A DNA stretch of 35,744 nt from Candidatus Helarchaeota archaeon (GTDB taxonomy: Archaea; Asgardarchaeota; Lokiarchaeia; Helarchaeales; RDOG01), in assembly GCA_029838215.1 (NCBI GenBank), contig JALGVI010000025.1, positions 1 to 35,744 of the forward strand, read 5' to 3'. How positions within the stretch are numbered: the first letter of the stretch is position 1; each line of letters starts with the position of its first letter. A program made the translations under genes and the position numbers. This document shows, piece by piece, positions 1 to 9,686 of the stretch. The notes below the pieces were generated by a model. That model did not search any database. It saw only the letters and a program-made list of their open reading frames with translations, and was not told the origin of the DNA.

Positions 1-1861
1 TTAAAGAAACCACGGCGAGAACTAACATGGATAGGTAGGGATCCAGAGGCACTTCAATAATTTTCCACGGTAAGAGCATTTCCATTGATTTAATACCGAA
101 AATGTCAAAATCTTTTTGAATCCAAGCCAAGGTCATCTTGTTATAATAGAAATTTGGGTACGAAACGATAAGAGGCAACTCGGATCGTGTTAGAAGCGGT
201 AGGAAACTAAACAGGACACTGACTTGAGACAGCACGATGGGAATGATTATGCCAATTGCCATGTTAAAAATAATGGAACCAATTATTGTCAAGCTTAGCA
301 TTGCGAGCGTGGTGAAGAAACCTATTAGAAAACAATAGCCACCAATTGAGAATATGTCTACCCAATAAGTCCAGCGAGTGAGGAAGAATGGCAGACCGGA
401 TAAGGCGATTGACAGACCAGATACTGCAGATCCGATAGCAAGGACAAGGATCGTGGGAAGAACACGTCCCCAAAAATACTCCCAACGCCGAATTGGTTTG
501 GAAAGAAACCACGATAACGTCCCATTCTTCAGACCTGGCATCATGAAAGCTCCGAGCATAATGGCAATTATCATTGGATAATAGATGAGCCAAAGTCCTG
601 AAAACACCGTTGCAACAGACGTTCTGTGAGTGTCGATTGAAAGCAGTGTAGAGGATTGACCTTGAAATGCCGCGGTTAAAAATCCCATGGTGAAATCCGA
701 AATAAATATGAAAAGTCCGGGCAGGATATTTATCCCCAAGATTATGATGCTACTCCATTTTTTATCATTGAAAGTATTTGAAATGATTTTATCCATTGTA
801 ATAATGGTTTCGTGCTTTCTTTTATGCCTGATGAACAAATAAGCACCCACGATGGCACCCGTTATTATTAAAAGCACGATCAGGAAAGAAACCAACGGAA
901 AGATGGCATAATTCACGACTTCAATGGAAGCCGTTGCTTCAAAGGTATTGCCATAAGCATCGGTCCCGTTAATGGTGAATTCGTGATTGCCAGCAGCAAC
1001 TTCAATGAAAATAGAGCCATTATAGACATCATAATATCCACTTCCATTAATGGTCGTGAAGTAGTTTCCATCAATGAAGATGTCAAAAGATATGTTTAAA
1101 TATCCATCAATTATGGGTGAATCATATGCACTCCACGTCAAATTTACGGAACGGTCGCCCGTGCTCGGCACGTAATCACCGTATGATAATGGACTTGAAA
1201 TCTGAACGAAAGGAAGCGAGTTGTCATTCAATATCAGGATGGTAGAACCCGTGATTAAAACCTGTGAAGAGCCCAAGATGTCCAATTGATTGATTGTCGA
1301 ATTATCGATGGTCAAAATGCCCTGAACTCCCCATTCAAGCAATTGCGTGACTTGGGAATCTTCAATGATTTCCATTGTCCCGGTGACATAGGTGAAAAAA
1401 ATCGTTAATTCCTTCGTATTCCTTGCCCAAATAGTAGAAACGGTTGAATTTTGAATATATGTCGTTGATGTTTCTTCACCAAACAGGGTATCGATAACAG
1501 TACGGTTATATACGGTCACGTTTGACGTTCCTGATGCAATCAGGCTTCCATTTATCGTGCAATTATTGACGTATAATTGTGCCTGATTATCCACGCGGAT
1601 GTTGCCATTCACGGTGACATTTTCCAGATTAACTCGTGCAGTATCAATTACAAACATGCTATCATTAATGACAATGTCTTCATATGTCGTGGTTCCAGTA
1701 TCGTTTACAATGCTTGTTGTCGATATTTCTGCCAGTGGGTCGGGAAATAGACCATTTGTCTTGCCATTGGAATTTGCAGACATGTCGGTAATGCTAATGA
1801 TGAATGCCAGGCTGAAAAGAAGAGCAAGGCAAGTAATGACCATGAGACTTTTTCTCTTCAA
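1..1861 (-). CDS. ABC-2 type transporter permease fused to an N-terminal extracellular region (signal peptide, beta-helix-like and Ig-like domains, TM helix); partial, runs off the left edge (at least 620 aa)
   Basis: Manual translation of the minus strand from TTG at 1861 (TTGA overlap with the ATPase stop, AGGAGG upstream) found no stop down to position 1. It reads LKRKSLMVITCLALLFSLAFII (signal), then Asn/Thr/Val-rich beta repeats, VNLTWSAYD...GNHEFTINGTDAYGN (Ig-like), a TM helix followed by RHKRK, and a multi-TM region containing WFLSKPIRRWEYFWGRV (ABC-2 permease loop motif). Confidence 0.85.
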   Translation of the reverse strand, partial: MKRKSLMVITCLALLFSLAFIISITDMSANSNGKTNGLFPDPLAEISTTSIVNDTGTTTYEDIVINDSMFVIDTARVNLENVTVNGNIRVDNQAQLYVNNCTINGSLIASGTSNVTVYNRTVIDTLFGEETSTTYIQNSTVSTIWARNTKELTIFFTYVTGTMEIIEDSQVTQLLEWGVQGILTIDNSTINQLDILGSSQVLITGSTILILNDNSLPFVQISSPLSYGDYVPSTGDRSVNLTWSAYDSPIIDGYLNISFDIFIDGNYFTTINGSGYYDVYNGSIFIEVAAGNHEFTINGTDAYGNTFEATASIEVVNYAIFPLVSFLIVLLIITGAIVGAYLFIRHKRKHETIITMDKIISNTFNDKKWSSIIILGINILPGLFIFISDFTMGFLTAAFQGQSSTLLSIDTHRTSVATVFSGLWLIYYPMIIAIMLGAFMMPGLKNGTLSWFLSKPIRRWEYFWGRVLPTILVLAIGSAVSGLSIALSGLPFFLTRWTYWVDIFSIGGYCFLIGFFTTLAMLSLTIIGSIIFNMAIGIIIPIVLSQVSVLFSFLPLLTRSELPLIVSYPNFYYNKMTLAWIQKDFDIFGIKSMEMLLPWKIIEVPLDPYLSMLVLAVVSL

Positions 1862-2817
1862 GCTTTCGCGACCTCCTTAGCAGAGTTGTTTTCAAGTACT
1901 TTCATGAATATGTCTTCAATCTCCATTCCAGAACCGATGAAATCAATTATTGGCATGTGGTTTTCGAGCGAAAACCGTGACAAAAAATTCCACGTGGCTT
2001 CACGATCGCTTGTTTTCACGATCAGGTATTTTTCATCGTCCACGATGTCCTGAATGAAATCCTTGCTTTCCAAAGCCTTTCGAATACGGTCATCCTTCGG
2101 ACGAATTTTAATCATGTTTTCTCCGAAGAGTTTTTGAAGGTGATTTATGGTACCTTCGGCGAAAAGGCGACCTTTGTTGAGAATTCCAATATGATCAGCA
2201 TTCATTTTCTGGACTTCTGGCAAGATGTGCGTGGAGACAAAAATTGTCTTGCCTTCTTTTTTCAATTGTTTGAGCAAGTCGATAATATGTGACCGTCCTA
2301 ACGGATCTAAGTTAGAAGTGATTTCATCTAAGATCAAGAGGTCAGGATCGTTCATGAGTGCTTGGGCTATCCCGATTCGTTGCTTCATTCCTGCAGAATA
2401 TTTACCGATTGCTCGGTGCCGAGCTTCTACCAAGTTGACGAGATTTAATATCTTTGAAATTCTCGTTTGAATTTCATTTTTTGAAAAGTTGAAAATCTTT
2501 CCAACGTATCGAAGAAGTTTTTCACCGGAATATTCACGAAAATAGACGGGATGCTCGGGCACGTAACCGATGTTCCTGAATACCCGGGTTTTGTTTTTCT
2601 TGACTTCTTGACCGAACAGCTGTATCCTTCCAGATGTGGGAAATAGTGAATCAACTAACATTTTAATGGTTGTTGTTTTTCCAGCACCATTTGGACCTAA
2701 ATATCCATAAATAATCCCGGTTGGCACTTTTAGGTTAAGATCGTTAACTGCAATTACTTTACCGAACTTTTTGGTAAGATTATCCGTTTCTATGGCCAGA
2801 TCTTTCATTTTTTTCAC
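1858..2817 (-). CDS. ABC transporter ATP-binding protein (CcmA/DrrA-like multidrug type)
   Basis: Walker A GPNGAGKT, signature YSAGMKQR, Walker B LLILDE, H-loop STH. Translationally coupled to the permease. Confidence 0.95.
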   Translation of the reverse strand: MKKMKDLAIETDNLTKKFGKVIAVNDLNLKVPTGIIYGYLGPNGAGKTTTIKMLVDSLFPTSGRIQLFGQEVKKNKTRVFRNIGYVPEHPVYFREYSGEKLLRYVGKIFNFSKNEIQTRISKILNLVNLVEARHRAIGKYSAGMKQRIGIAQALMNDPDLLILDEITSNLDPLGRSHIIDLLKQLKKEGKTIFVSTHILPEVQKMNADHIGILNKGRLFAEGTINHLQKLFGENMIKIRPKDDRIRKALESKDFIQDIVDDEKYLIVKTSDREATWNFLSRFSLENHMPIIDFIGSGMEIEDIFMKVLENNSAKEVAKA

Positions 2818-2980
2818 CCATCCATGAATTAATCAGTAATATTAAAAACATGACCGACAGCTAACTACATTAAAAATATGACGATATTTATGTTTATTTA
2901 TGCAATAATTTAAAAATAAAATAAAAATGCTCCTTTGATATTTAATCTTGAGGAGATCTGATGTAAGGACAAGCAAGGTG

Positions 2981-3835
2981 ATGACCTTGTATAAATTCAA
3001 AACACTTCTATTCGAAACAAATGAAAAAGGGATTGGCATTATAACTTTAAATCGTCCTGAAAAACTAAATGCCATTTCATTTCGAATGATAGAAGAGTTA
3101 CATGATTTATTGGATGATCTTCAGGTTAATTTGGATTGTAGAGTCATTATCTTAAGGGGAATAGGTAGGGCTTTTTCTGCAGGACTGGATTTGAAAGAAG
3201 CCAGTTATTTTGTATCAAAAAAGAAGCCGAAAGAGCTTCAAAAATTTTACTTCATGCAGGTACCCGATAAGATCAAGGCGAAGGCTTACTTCTTATGGCG
3301 CATCAGCCATTTGACGGTAAAAATGCGGAAAATCAGCCAACCAATCATTTCAATGATTAATGGTATTGCATCAGGAGGAGGTTTTGCCCTGACGATGGCT
3401 ACGGATATTCGGATTGCAAGCGAAAATTCCAAGTTTAATAATGCATTCATCAAGATTGGAGTTACAGGGGGAGACCTCGGAAGCAGTTACATGTTGCCAC
3501 GACTGATTGGATCATCTCGAGCCACGGAAATAATATATACGGGACGGTTCGTTGATGCAAAAGAGGCAGAACGCATCGGCTTTATATCTAAAGTTGTTAA
3601 AGAAGATAAATTACTGGAGACGGCTCTAGAAATGGCAGGTCAGATGCTAAAAGCAAGCCCACTTGGTTTGAGAATGACAAAAGAAGTGCTCAACTTGTCA
3701 ATGGATGCTCCGAGCCTTGAGACCCTAATTCAGCTGGAGAATCGCGCGCAAGCAATCTGCATGACTTCAAAGGATGTCGTGGAAGGCACGCTCGCTTGGT
3801 ACGACAGGAGAGACCCGAAATATTCAAAACGATGA
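2981..3835 (+). CDS. Enoyl-CoA hydratase/isomerase (crotonase) family protein
   Basis: ITLNRPEKLNAI, RAFSAGLDLKE, ISMINGIASGGGFALTMATDIRIA, C-terminal EGTLAWYDRRDP. ATG 2981 preferred over the ORF-track TTG at 2948. Confidence 0.92.
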   Translation: MTLYKFKTLLFETNEKGIGIITLNRPEKLNAISFRMIEELHDLLDDLQVNLDCRVIILRGIGRAFSAGLDLKEASYFVSKKKPKELQKFYFMQVPDKIKAKAYFLWRISHLTVKMRKISQPIISMINGIASGGGFALTMATDIRIASENSKFNNAFIKIGVTGGDLGSSYMLPRLIGSSRATEIIYTGRFVDAKEAERIGFISKVVKEDKLLETALEMAGQMLKASPLGLRMTKEVLNLSMDAPSLETLIQLENRAQAICMTSKDVVEGTLAWYDRRDPKYSKR

Positions 3836-3844
3836 GTTGATCAC

Positions 3845-4663
3845 GTGCTGGATCGTGACAGGTCAGAATTCTTCGATAGACAGCGTTTAATTAAATGGTG
3901 GGATCAGTCCAAATTAAAGAGAGCGAAGATTCTCGTTCTTGGAGTTGGAGGCATAGGAACTCATGTTGCCCTTGGTTGTTGTAGGAGTGGCATCGGAGCA
4001 CTTCACCTGATTGACAACGATCACGTTGAACCTTCAAATCTTAACAGGCAAGTTCTATATTCAAAGACCGATATTAACTCACGTAAGGTCCGGGTTGCAA
4101 AAGAAAACCTAAAACAACAGCATGATTTGACAACGAGCATTCAGGCACATAACTTGGATATCTTTGAACGATGGCAAGATTTTATCTCCATCTTGGAAGG
4201 AGTTGATGTGGTGATGAATGGATTGGATTGTCCGGAAACGAAAAGACTTGCCGTGGCCAGTGCGTGTTTAAAGAAAGAGATACCAATGATATATGCAGGG
4301 ACTGATACCATTTCGGGCAGTTCAGGGATGATTATTTTCCAAGATTCAGCTCAAGGACCGTGTTACAATTGCCTGCAGGATACCACGTCCCTTGTAAAGC
4401 AAGACTATCTTTCTCTCCTCTCGCCCGCGCGGATACTCGAACTGGATTCAATACCAATAATGGAATTAACCAAGCAGCACGACACACAACCAGCTGCCAC
4501 GTCGTTTCCTGCGGCTTCAATCATTGCAGGATTGGCTCTTTCTCAACTCATTAAGTTATTGCACGACGTCCCCGTGCCGCACAGAATCATCTGTGACATA
4601 CTAAATCTTCAATTAGAGCAATGGTTCCTCGAGCGCGTTGCCAATTGTCGGACATGTGGATAA
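3845..4663 (+). CDS. ThiF/MoeB/E1-like adenylyltransferase
   Basis: ILVLGVGGIG nucleotide-binding loop, IDNDHVEPSNLNRQ motif, Zn ligands CYNC and C-terminal CRTC. Confidence 0.9.
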   Translation: MLDRDRSEFFDRQRLIKWWDQSKLKRAKILVLGVGGIGTHVALGCCRSGIGALHLIDNDHVEPSNLNRQVLYSKTDINSRKVRVAKENLKQQHDLTTSIQAHNLDIFERWQDFISILEGVDVVMNGLDCPETKRLAVASACLKKEIPMIYAGTDTISGSSGMIIFQDSAQGPCYNCLQDTTSLVKQDYLSLLSPARILELDSIPIMELTKQHDTQPAATSFPAASIIAGLALSQLIKLLHDVPVPHRIICDILNLQLEQWFLERVANCRTCG

Positions 4664-4880
4664 AATGAGAGATGGATTTGAAAGAAATCCTCAAATTCTT
4701 GCGGATAGTTCGAAACAAAATACTTATTGCAACGTGATCGTGGAACGTCATGTATGGCGAGACATGAAGACTAATGATTATTTTTTAATATAGATTAAAG
4801 CTAATGTAATCAAATAACCTGAGAATTTTATTTTATCAGAAGAAGAAAATCAAAAAAAAATCCAAATGGAAAGGATTTGA

Positions 4881-6767
4881 ATGTTAGGATATAGCCAGAG
4901 AGCTTTAAGAATAGATTTGACGAATAACAACATAACGACCGAAAAAATAAGTGATGAATTCTGTGAGAATTATGTCGGTGGTTATGGTTTCGCAGCGAAA
5001 ATACTTTGGGATGAATTGCCTCCAAACACGGATCCCCTATCGCCTGATAACATCCTGATCTATGCCATTGGACCGGCACAGGCATCATTGCTTCCTACGG
5101 CTTCTAAATACGGCGTTTTTGCCAAGTCACCGTTAACGGATGTTTTCGGTCTCTCAATTTCAAGTGGAACTGTTGGAATGCAAATGCGGCAAGCAGAATA
5201 TGATATGGTCATAATTAAGGGAAAAGCTGCCGAACCCGTTTATATTTTCATTGACGATGATAACATTGAAATCAGAGATGCCTCAAAATATTGGGGGTCT
5301 GAGTCAAATGTGTCAAAAGATACATTCGAAACAGAAGATTTGATTCGTGAAGAGTTAGGCGATTCTAGAATTGCAGTTGCATCTATCGGTGTGGCAGGTG
5401 AAAAACTCAGTCGCATAGCTTGCATCACTAACGACCGTGGAAGGCAAGCAGGACGGACTGGCATGGGAGCAGTCATGGGATCAAAAAATTTGAAAGCCCT
5501 TGCTTTTCGCGGTTCCCATGACATAAAAATCGGTCCCAATAAAAAAGAAATCATGGCAAAATACTTAGATCTCATAAAACGGGCAAACGGACCAAAAACA
5601 GAAAAATATAGAGACTTGGGCACGCCAGTAAATACGCTGAAATTCAATAAATTAGGCGTATTACCCACCCGAAATTTCCAAACGGGATACTTCGAAGAAG
5701 CGGAAGCCATAAGCGGCGAGAAAATGGCGGAAAAACCGTGGGTGGTAAAGAAAGTTGCTTGTGCTAAATGTCCCATTGCCTGTGATCACTTATGTCTTGT
5801 CAAGGAAGGACCCTTTAAAGGGCACATAAGTTCCGTGGATTTTGAAAGCATTTTTGCCTTGGGAAGCTGTTGTGGTGTAGGAGACATGGCTGCTGTCATC
5901 ACTGCCATAGATTATTGTGATCGATTGGGCATTGATACCATGTCAGGAGGTGTCACGGTTGCCTTTGGAATGGAAGCTTACGAAAAGGGCCTATTGACGA
6001 AGGAAGATACTAATGGTGCCGATCTCCGTTTTGGAAATGCGGAAGCAATGGTTCAATGCGTGAAAGATCTTTGTAACAGAAGTTCTAATGCAGGTGATAT
6101 TTTAGCGGAGGGAACACGAAGAGCGGCATGGAAGCTCGGAAAAGATTCCATTAAATATGCAATGCAGGTTAAAGGACTCGAATTGCCGGGATATGTTGTG
6201 AGAGGGCTAAAGACCGCCGCATTAGGGTTCGGCGTTTCCATTCGGGGTGGTTGCCACTTGCGAAACGGTGCATATTCACCCGATATTGGTGGTAAGGTCG
6301 ACAGACTTATTGAAGAACCAGATCGTTATAAACACGTCATCCCTGTAGAGAATCTTTATGCCATCATTGACAGCCTCATTGTTTGCAAGTTCACGCGTGG
6401 TATTTATTCAGGAAATGCGGAAATCGCAGAGTGCGTCCAAATGATAACGGACATACAAATGGATGAAGCGAAACTTATCAAGACAGGAGAACGAATCGTA
6501 AACCTATCAAAATGTTTCAACATCCGAGAATTAGGATACGAAAAGAAATTTACGCCCAAGGATTATGACATGCTACCCGATCGTTGCTACGAAGAAGGCT
6601 TGACTAGCGGAGTGACAAAAGGCGTCAAGATTGACAAGAAAAAATACATTGAAATGGTTGAAAACTACTATAAGGCACGCGGTTGGGACAACGAAGGAAT
6701 TCCATCCAAAGCCAAACTCGACGAATTGGGAATCGGATTCGCAGCAGATGCGATCGGAGCCAAATAA
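4881..6767 (+). CDS. aor: Tungsten-dependent aldehyde:ferredoxin oxidoreductase family protein
   Basis: KSPLT, RQAGRTGMGAVMGSKNLKA, CAKCPIAC, DRLGIDTMSGG, GGCH, DSLIVCKF, YYKARGWD; 628 aa. Confidence 0.95.
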   Translation: MLGYSQRALRIDLTNNNITTEKISDEFCENYVGGYGFAAKILWDELPPNTDPLSPDNILIYAIGPAQASLLPTASKYGVFAKSPLTDVFGLSISSGTVGMQMRQAEYDMVIIKGKAAEPVYIFIDDDNIEIRDASKYWGSESNVSKDTFETEDLIREELGDSRIAVASIGVAGEKLSRIACITNDRGRQAGRTGMGAVMGSKNLKALAFRGSHDIKIGPNKKEIMAKYLDLIKRANGPKTEKYRDLGTPVNTLKFNKLGVLPTRNFQTGYFEEAEAISGEKMAEKPWVVKKVACAKCPIACDHLCLVKEGPFKGHISSVDFESIFALGSCCGVGDMAAVITAIDYCDRLGIDTMSGGVTVAFGMEAYEKGLLTKEDTNGADLRFGNAEAMVQCVKDLCNRSSNAGDILAEGTRRAAWKLGKDSIKYAMQVKGLELPGYVVRGLKTAALGFGVSIRGGCHLRNGAYSPDIGGKVDRLIEEPDRYKHVIPVENLYAIIDSLIVCKFTRGIYSGNAEIAECVQMITDIQMDEAKLIKTGERIVNLSKCFNIRELGYEKKFTPKDYDMLPDRCYEEGLTSGVTKGVKIDKKKYIEMVENYYKARGWDNEGIPSKAKLDELGIGFAADAIGAK

Positions 6768-6779
6768 AAGGAGTGAAAC

Positions 6780-7301
6780 ATGATGTTTAAACGAGATAGA
6801 AAAACTATCATTTGTGATGCAGAAAAATGCACGGGTTGTGAAATCTGCGAATTTGCCTGCTCCATTGAACACGACGATGTTTTCCAACAAATGCACTCCC
6901 GAATCAAACGTGTCAGGATCGAACCAATAATCAACTTTGCAATTAGTTGTCAATTCTGCAAGGACCCTGCCTGTGTTAGAGTATGTCCTCAGAAAGCATT
7001 ATCACAAGATGATGCCACGGGAAGAATCTTGGTCGATGAAAACAAGTGTGATGGTTGCGCATTCTGCATCAAGGCATGTCCTTTCGGAGCTATCATCATA
7101 AACATGCGGAATAACAAGGCTCAAATGTGTGATCAATGTTATGAACGCGAAGACGGTCCTGCTTGCGTGCAGTATTGTCCAAAAGAAGCGCTCATTTTCA
7201 CGACACTTGAGGCATATGCTGACGAAAAACGCTTTGATTCAGTAGAGAAACTCCTTAAGGAATATGCTGAAATAGGAGAACTCGAATCTCAAGCAAAATA
7301 A
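6780..7301 (+). CDS. 4Fe-4S dicluster/polyferredoxin subunit, likely the AOR electron-transfer partner
   Basis: Four Cys clusters (CTGCEICEFAC, CQFCKDPACVRVCP, CDGCAFCIKACP, CDQC...CVQYCP). Starts 12 nt after aor, with a GGAGTGA SD. Confidence 0.92.
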   Translation: MMFKRDRKTIICDAEKCTGCEICEFACSIEHDDVFQQMHSRIKRVRIEPIINFAISCQFCKDPACVRVCPQKALSQDDATGRILVDENKCDGCAFCIKACPFGAIIINMRNNKAQMCDQCYEREDGPACVQYCPKEALIFTTLEAYADEKRFDSVEKLLKEYAEIGELESQAK

Positions 7302-7311
7302 ACTGTTATAA

Positions 7312-7347
7312 AACCTTTTTATTTTTATTTTTTAAAGAATTTTTTTC
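7312..7347 (+). terminator. T-rich archaeal-type terminator region after aor-ferredoxin
   Basis: Oligo-T runs (CCTTTTTATTTTTATTTTTT...TTTTTTT) immediately after the stop codon, between convergent genes. Confidence 0.45.
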
Positions 7348-7429
7348 ACGTTAATTGTACCAATTCACGCGAATCAGTTTTTGGACCTTTCATTCCTGCA
7401 TGATGAATTGTTGTATCGAAAATACAGGC

Positions 7430-7750
7430 TTAGCCACCACCTTCAGGCGGAAAAATAACCAATTCTTGATTTTTATCTATTTTCAATTCAAGGCTTTCTT
7501 TTGTTGGTCGCAAGTGACGTCCATTTAAAACGTATGCCATTTCTTTATTCAAAATGTCGGGATTGTCGGGATCAAATACCCATTTCTTAAAATTTTCTCG
7601 TTCTTTTTCCCCCGCCAACTTTTGAATGGCTTCCGTGAGGATTTTTCGCACGCTCCACCCACTATTTTCGGCGACGAAGGAAATGATAACTTGCCGTGTA
7701 TTGACCTTCCGCTGTAGAACTCCTAGAAACGATATGGTAACAGAAACCAT
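7430..7750 (-). CDS. moaD: MoaD/ThiS/SAMP ubiquitin-like sulfur carrier
   Basis: 106 aa, beta-grasp pattern (VTISFLG...YVLNGRH...ELVIFPP), C-terminal GG (PPEGGG*). GGTGA SD 6 nt before the ATG. Confidence 0.85.
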   Translation of the reverse strand: MVSVTISFLGVLQRKVNTRQVIISFVAENSGWSVRKILTEAIQKLAGEKERENFKKWVFDPDNPDILNKEMAYVLNGRHLRPTKESLELKIDKNQELVIFPPEGGG

Positions 7751-7789
7751 TGCTCATCACCTATATGCTAATATAACAACGTAAATTCA

Positions 7790-7797
7790 TTTATAAA
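7790..7797 (-). promoter_or_regulatory. Putative TATA box of moaD
   Basis: TTTATAAA about 40 nt upstream of the moaD ATG. The spacing leaves a short leader that contains the GGTGA SD. Confidence 0.4.
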
Positions 7798-7827
7798 AGT
7801 TTGACATGGATATTAGATTTAAGAGTT

Positions 7828-8595
7828 TTAAATCAATTTTCGAGCAAAAGTAATCCATCCCGTATGACCTACCATGCGACCAAGTGGACGAACCTTGTTT
7901 TTTTGAACTTGCCATTCTCGCACGAGCGTTTCGATTGTACGGATCTCTTTAAACCCATTTGTTAGTAAGGCATGGACTGCTTTATCGACCTGATCAATCG
8001 TGGGAGAATAATTTATGAGCATTCCTGATGGTTTTAAAGAATCTCGTGCAATGGGAATCACATCCCAAGGTGTGGCGAGATCAAGAATGATGACATCCAC
8101 GTCCCTTTCCGAAAAACCTTCCAGGGCATTGGCGTGTTTAATTTCAACGTAACCGTCCAATTTTAACCGCGTTAAGTTTTTTTGGGCAATCTTTATAAAA
8201 TCTTCACGAATCTCATATGCATATATTTTTCCTTCGGGACGGACAACATTTGCTAATGCCATTGTCAAGCCGGCACTTCCAATTCCGGATTCAATGACCC
8301 TTGAACCAGGTTCTATTCCACCAAACAATAGAATGAGTGCACTATCTTTTGGATAAATAATCTGCGATCCTCGCTTTGATTTCATTATATAGTCATGAAT
8401 GAGGGGTTTAAAAACGTAAAAATTCAGGTTCATTGAACTTTTGACGGTAATTCCATATGACTTACCGATCAATTCTCCGAGATTGACAATGCCATTTGAT
8501 GTATGGAACTGTTTATCTTCCACTTTTAGTAACCAGCGTCTACCACGCTCGGAAACAAGAAGCACGTGATCTCCTTCTTGGATAATTTTATTCAA
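7828..8595 (-). CDS. trmI: tRNA (adenine57/58-N1)-methyltransferase (TrmI/Gcd14 family)
   Basis: SQIIYPKD, VIESGIGSAGLT, YEIREDF, LDLATPW, YSPTIDQV, RPLGRMVGHTGWITFARK. Confidence 0.95.
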   Translation of the reverse strand: MNKIIQEGDHVLLVSERGRRWLLKVEDKQFHTSNGIVNLGELIGKSYGITVKSSMNLNFYVFKPLIHDYIMKSKRGSQIIYPKDSALILLFGGIEPGSRVIESGIGSAGLTMALANVVRPEGKIYAYEIREDFIKIAQKNLTRLKLDGYVEIKHANALEGFSERDVDVIILDLATPWDVIPIARDSLKPSGMLINYSPTIDQVDKAVHALLTNGFKEIRTIETLVREWQVQKNKVRPLGRMVGHTGWITFARKLI

Positions 8596-9526
8596 CTTGT
8601 CCCATCTCCTGAAGTATTTTTGTTTTTATCCAGCAAAAATTGCAGGTTTCACCAGAGGTCGGAGCGCCACAGGCACATTCATTAATCGACCCCATGCTAG
8701 GTGTAAAATGATCACGAAATGCAGGTTTGTAGCTACTAATATAGGCCCGAATCAATGATAAATTCGAATTTGGGCGTATTTCTTCAAGATGCTTCATTAC
8801 TTTCTTGAGTCTTTTTGTAGATGCCTTGACATCATAAGGGCATGACTCGGTCAGGTAAGGAATACTTCGGACTTCGGCATATTTTCTCGTTTCAAGTTCA
8901 GAAACTTCATATAAGGGTTTGATTCGGGCTATTATATTAGGCTCTCGTGCCGGAAGCATGGGTCCGCCCCGTACTAACTGGTCCATGTTATTTTCAATGA
9001 GGTTTGACATGAGAACGGTCACTTCATCATCTAGCAGATGACCCGTGGCAATTTTTGTAAACCCTCTCTTTTTTGCCTCTTGATTGAAAACATATCGCTT
9101 GATGGTTCCGCAAATTGCACAGATTGGTCTTCTCGAAATACGATGCTCATATAAGTCTTGAATGGAAAAGCCATGTTCTTTCTTCAAATCCAAAACCTGA
9201 AGTTCGAACCCCAAGATGTCTTGTAGCTTGTTGATGAACCGCAGGCTCTTTTCAGATGAATTCGGAATCCCGAGATTGATGTGGAAACCGATTACCTGAA
9301 CTTCTTCGGGAAGGATGGTTTTCAATATATACATTAGAGACTGACTGTCTTTTCCTCCAGAAAGCGGAACTAATATTCTCTCGCCTTCTGGATCGATCAT
9401 CTTATATTTTTTGATGGTTCTCTGTACTTTTCGCTCTAAAAATTGAATGAAATGTTCGTCACAAAGTCTAAGACCACAATATTTCAAATAAATGGTTGCT
9501 GGTTGCTTGCAAATCTTACATTTCAT
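8588..9526 (-). CDS. ttuA: TtuA/NcsA (TtcA/Ctu1 family) tRNA 2-thiolation protein
   Basis: N-terminal CKIC...CDEHF Zn finger, PP-loop SGGKDS, CAIC, TGHLLDDE, SCPY, C-terminal Zn finger CACG...CNFC. ATG 9526 preferred over TTG 9541. Confidence 0.9.
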   Translation of the reverse strand: MKCKICKQPATIYLKYCGLRLCDEHFIQFLERKVQRTIKKYKMIDPEGERILVPLSGGKDSQSLMYILKTILPEEVQVIGFHINLGIPNSSEKSLRFINKLQDILGFELQVLDLKKEHGFSIQDLYEHRISRRPICAICGTIKRYVFNQEAKKRGFTKIATGHLLDDEVTVLMSNLIENNMDQLVRGGPMLPAREPNIIARIKPLYEVSELETRKYAEVRSIPYLTESCPYDVKASTKRLKKVMKHLEEIRPNSNLSLIRAYISSYKPAFRDHFTPSMGSINECACGAPTSGETCNFCWIKTKILQEMGQVE

Positions 9527-9686
9527 TTCATGAAGTCCCAACGTTTTGTTTAATAAATGAATTTTCTTGCTTCAAAATAAAATTTTCTAAAATCTCTGCA
9601 ATCTTTGCCATTATCAAATCGTCATGCTTGGGAAATATATATCTTCTTGAATTCACTTAGGATAATAAGATGCAGACATTAATTAT

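Noticed and set aside
264-1880. ORF-track entries 264..593, 378..581 and 1599..1880
   Set aside because: They are shadow or alternate-frame ORFs inside the long minus-strand permease-fusion gene and have no motifs.
5240-5776. 178-aa antisense ORF inside aor, and similar long antisense ORFs inside the thiolase, meaB, hdr genes and the giant gene
   Set aside because: They lie fully opposite well-supported genes, have no motifs, and are explained by codon bias.
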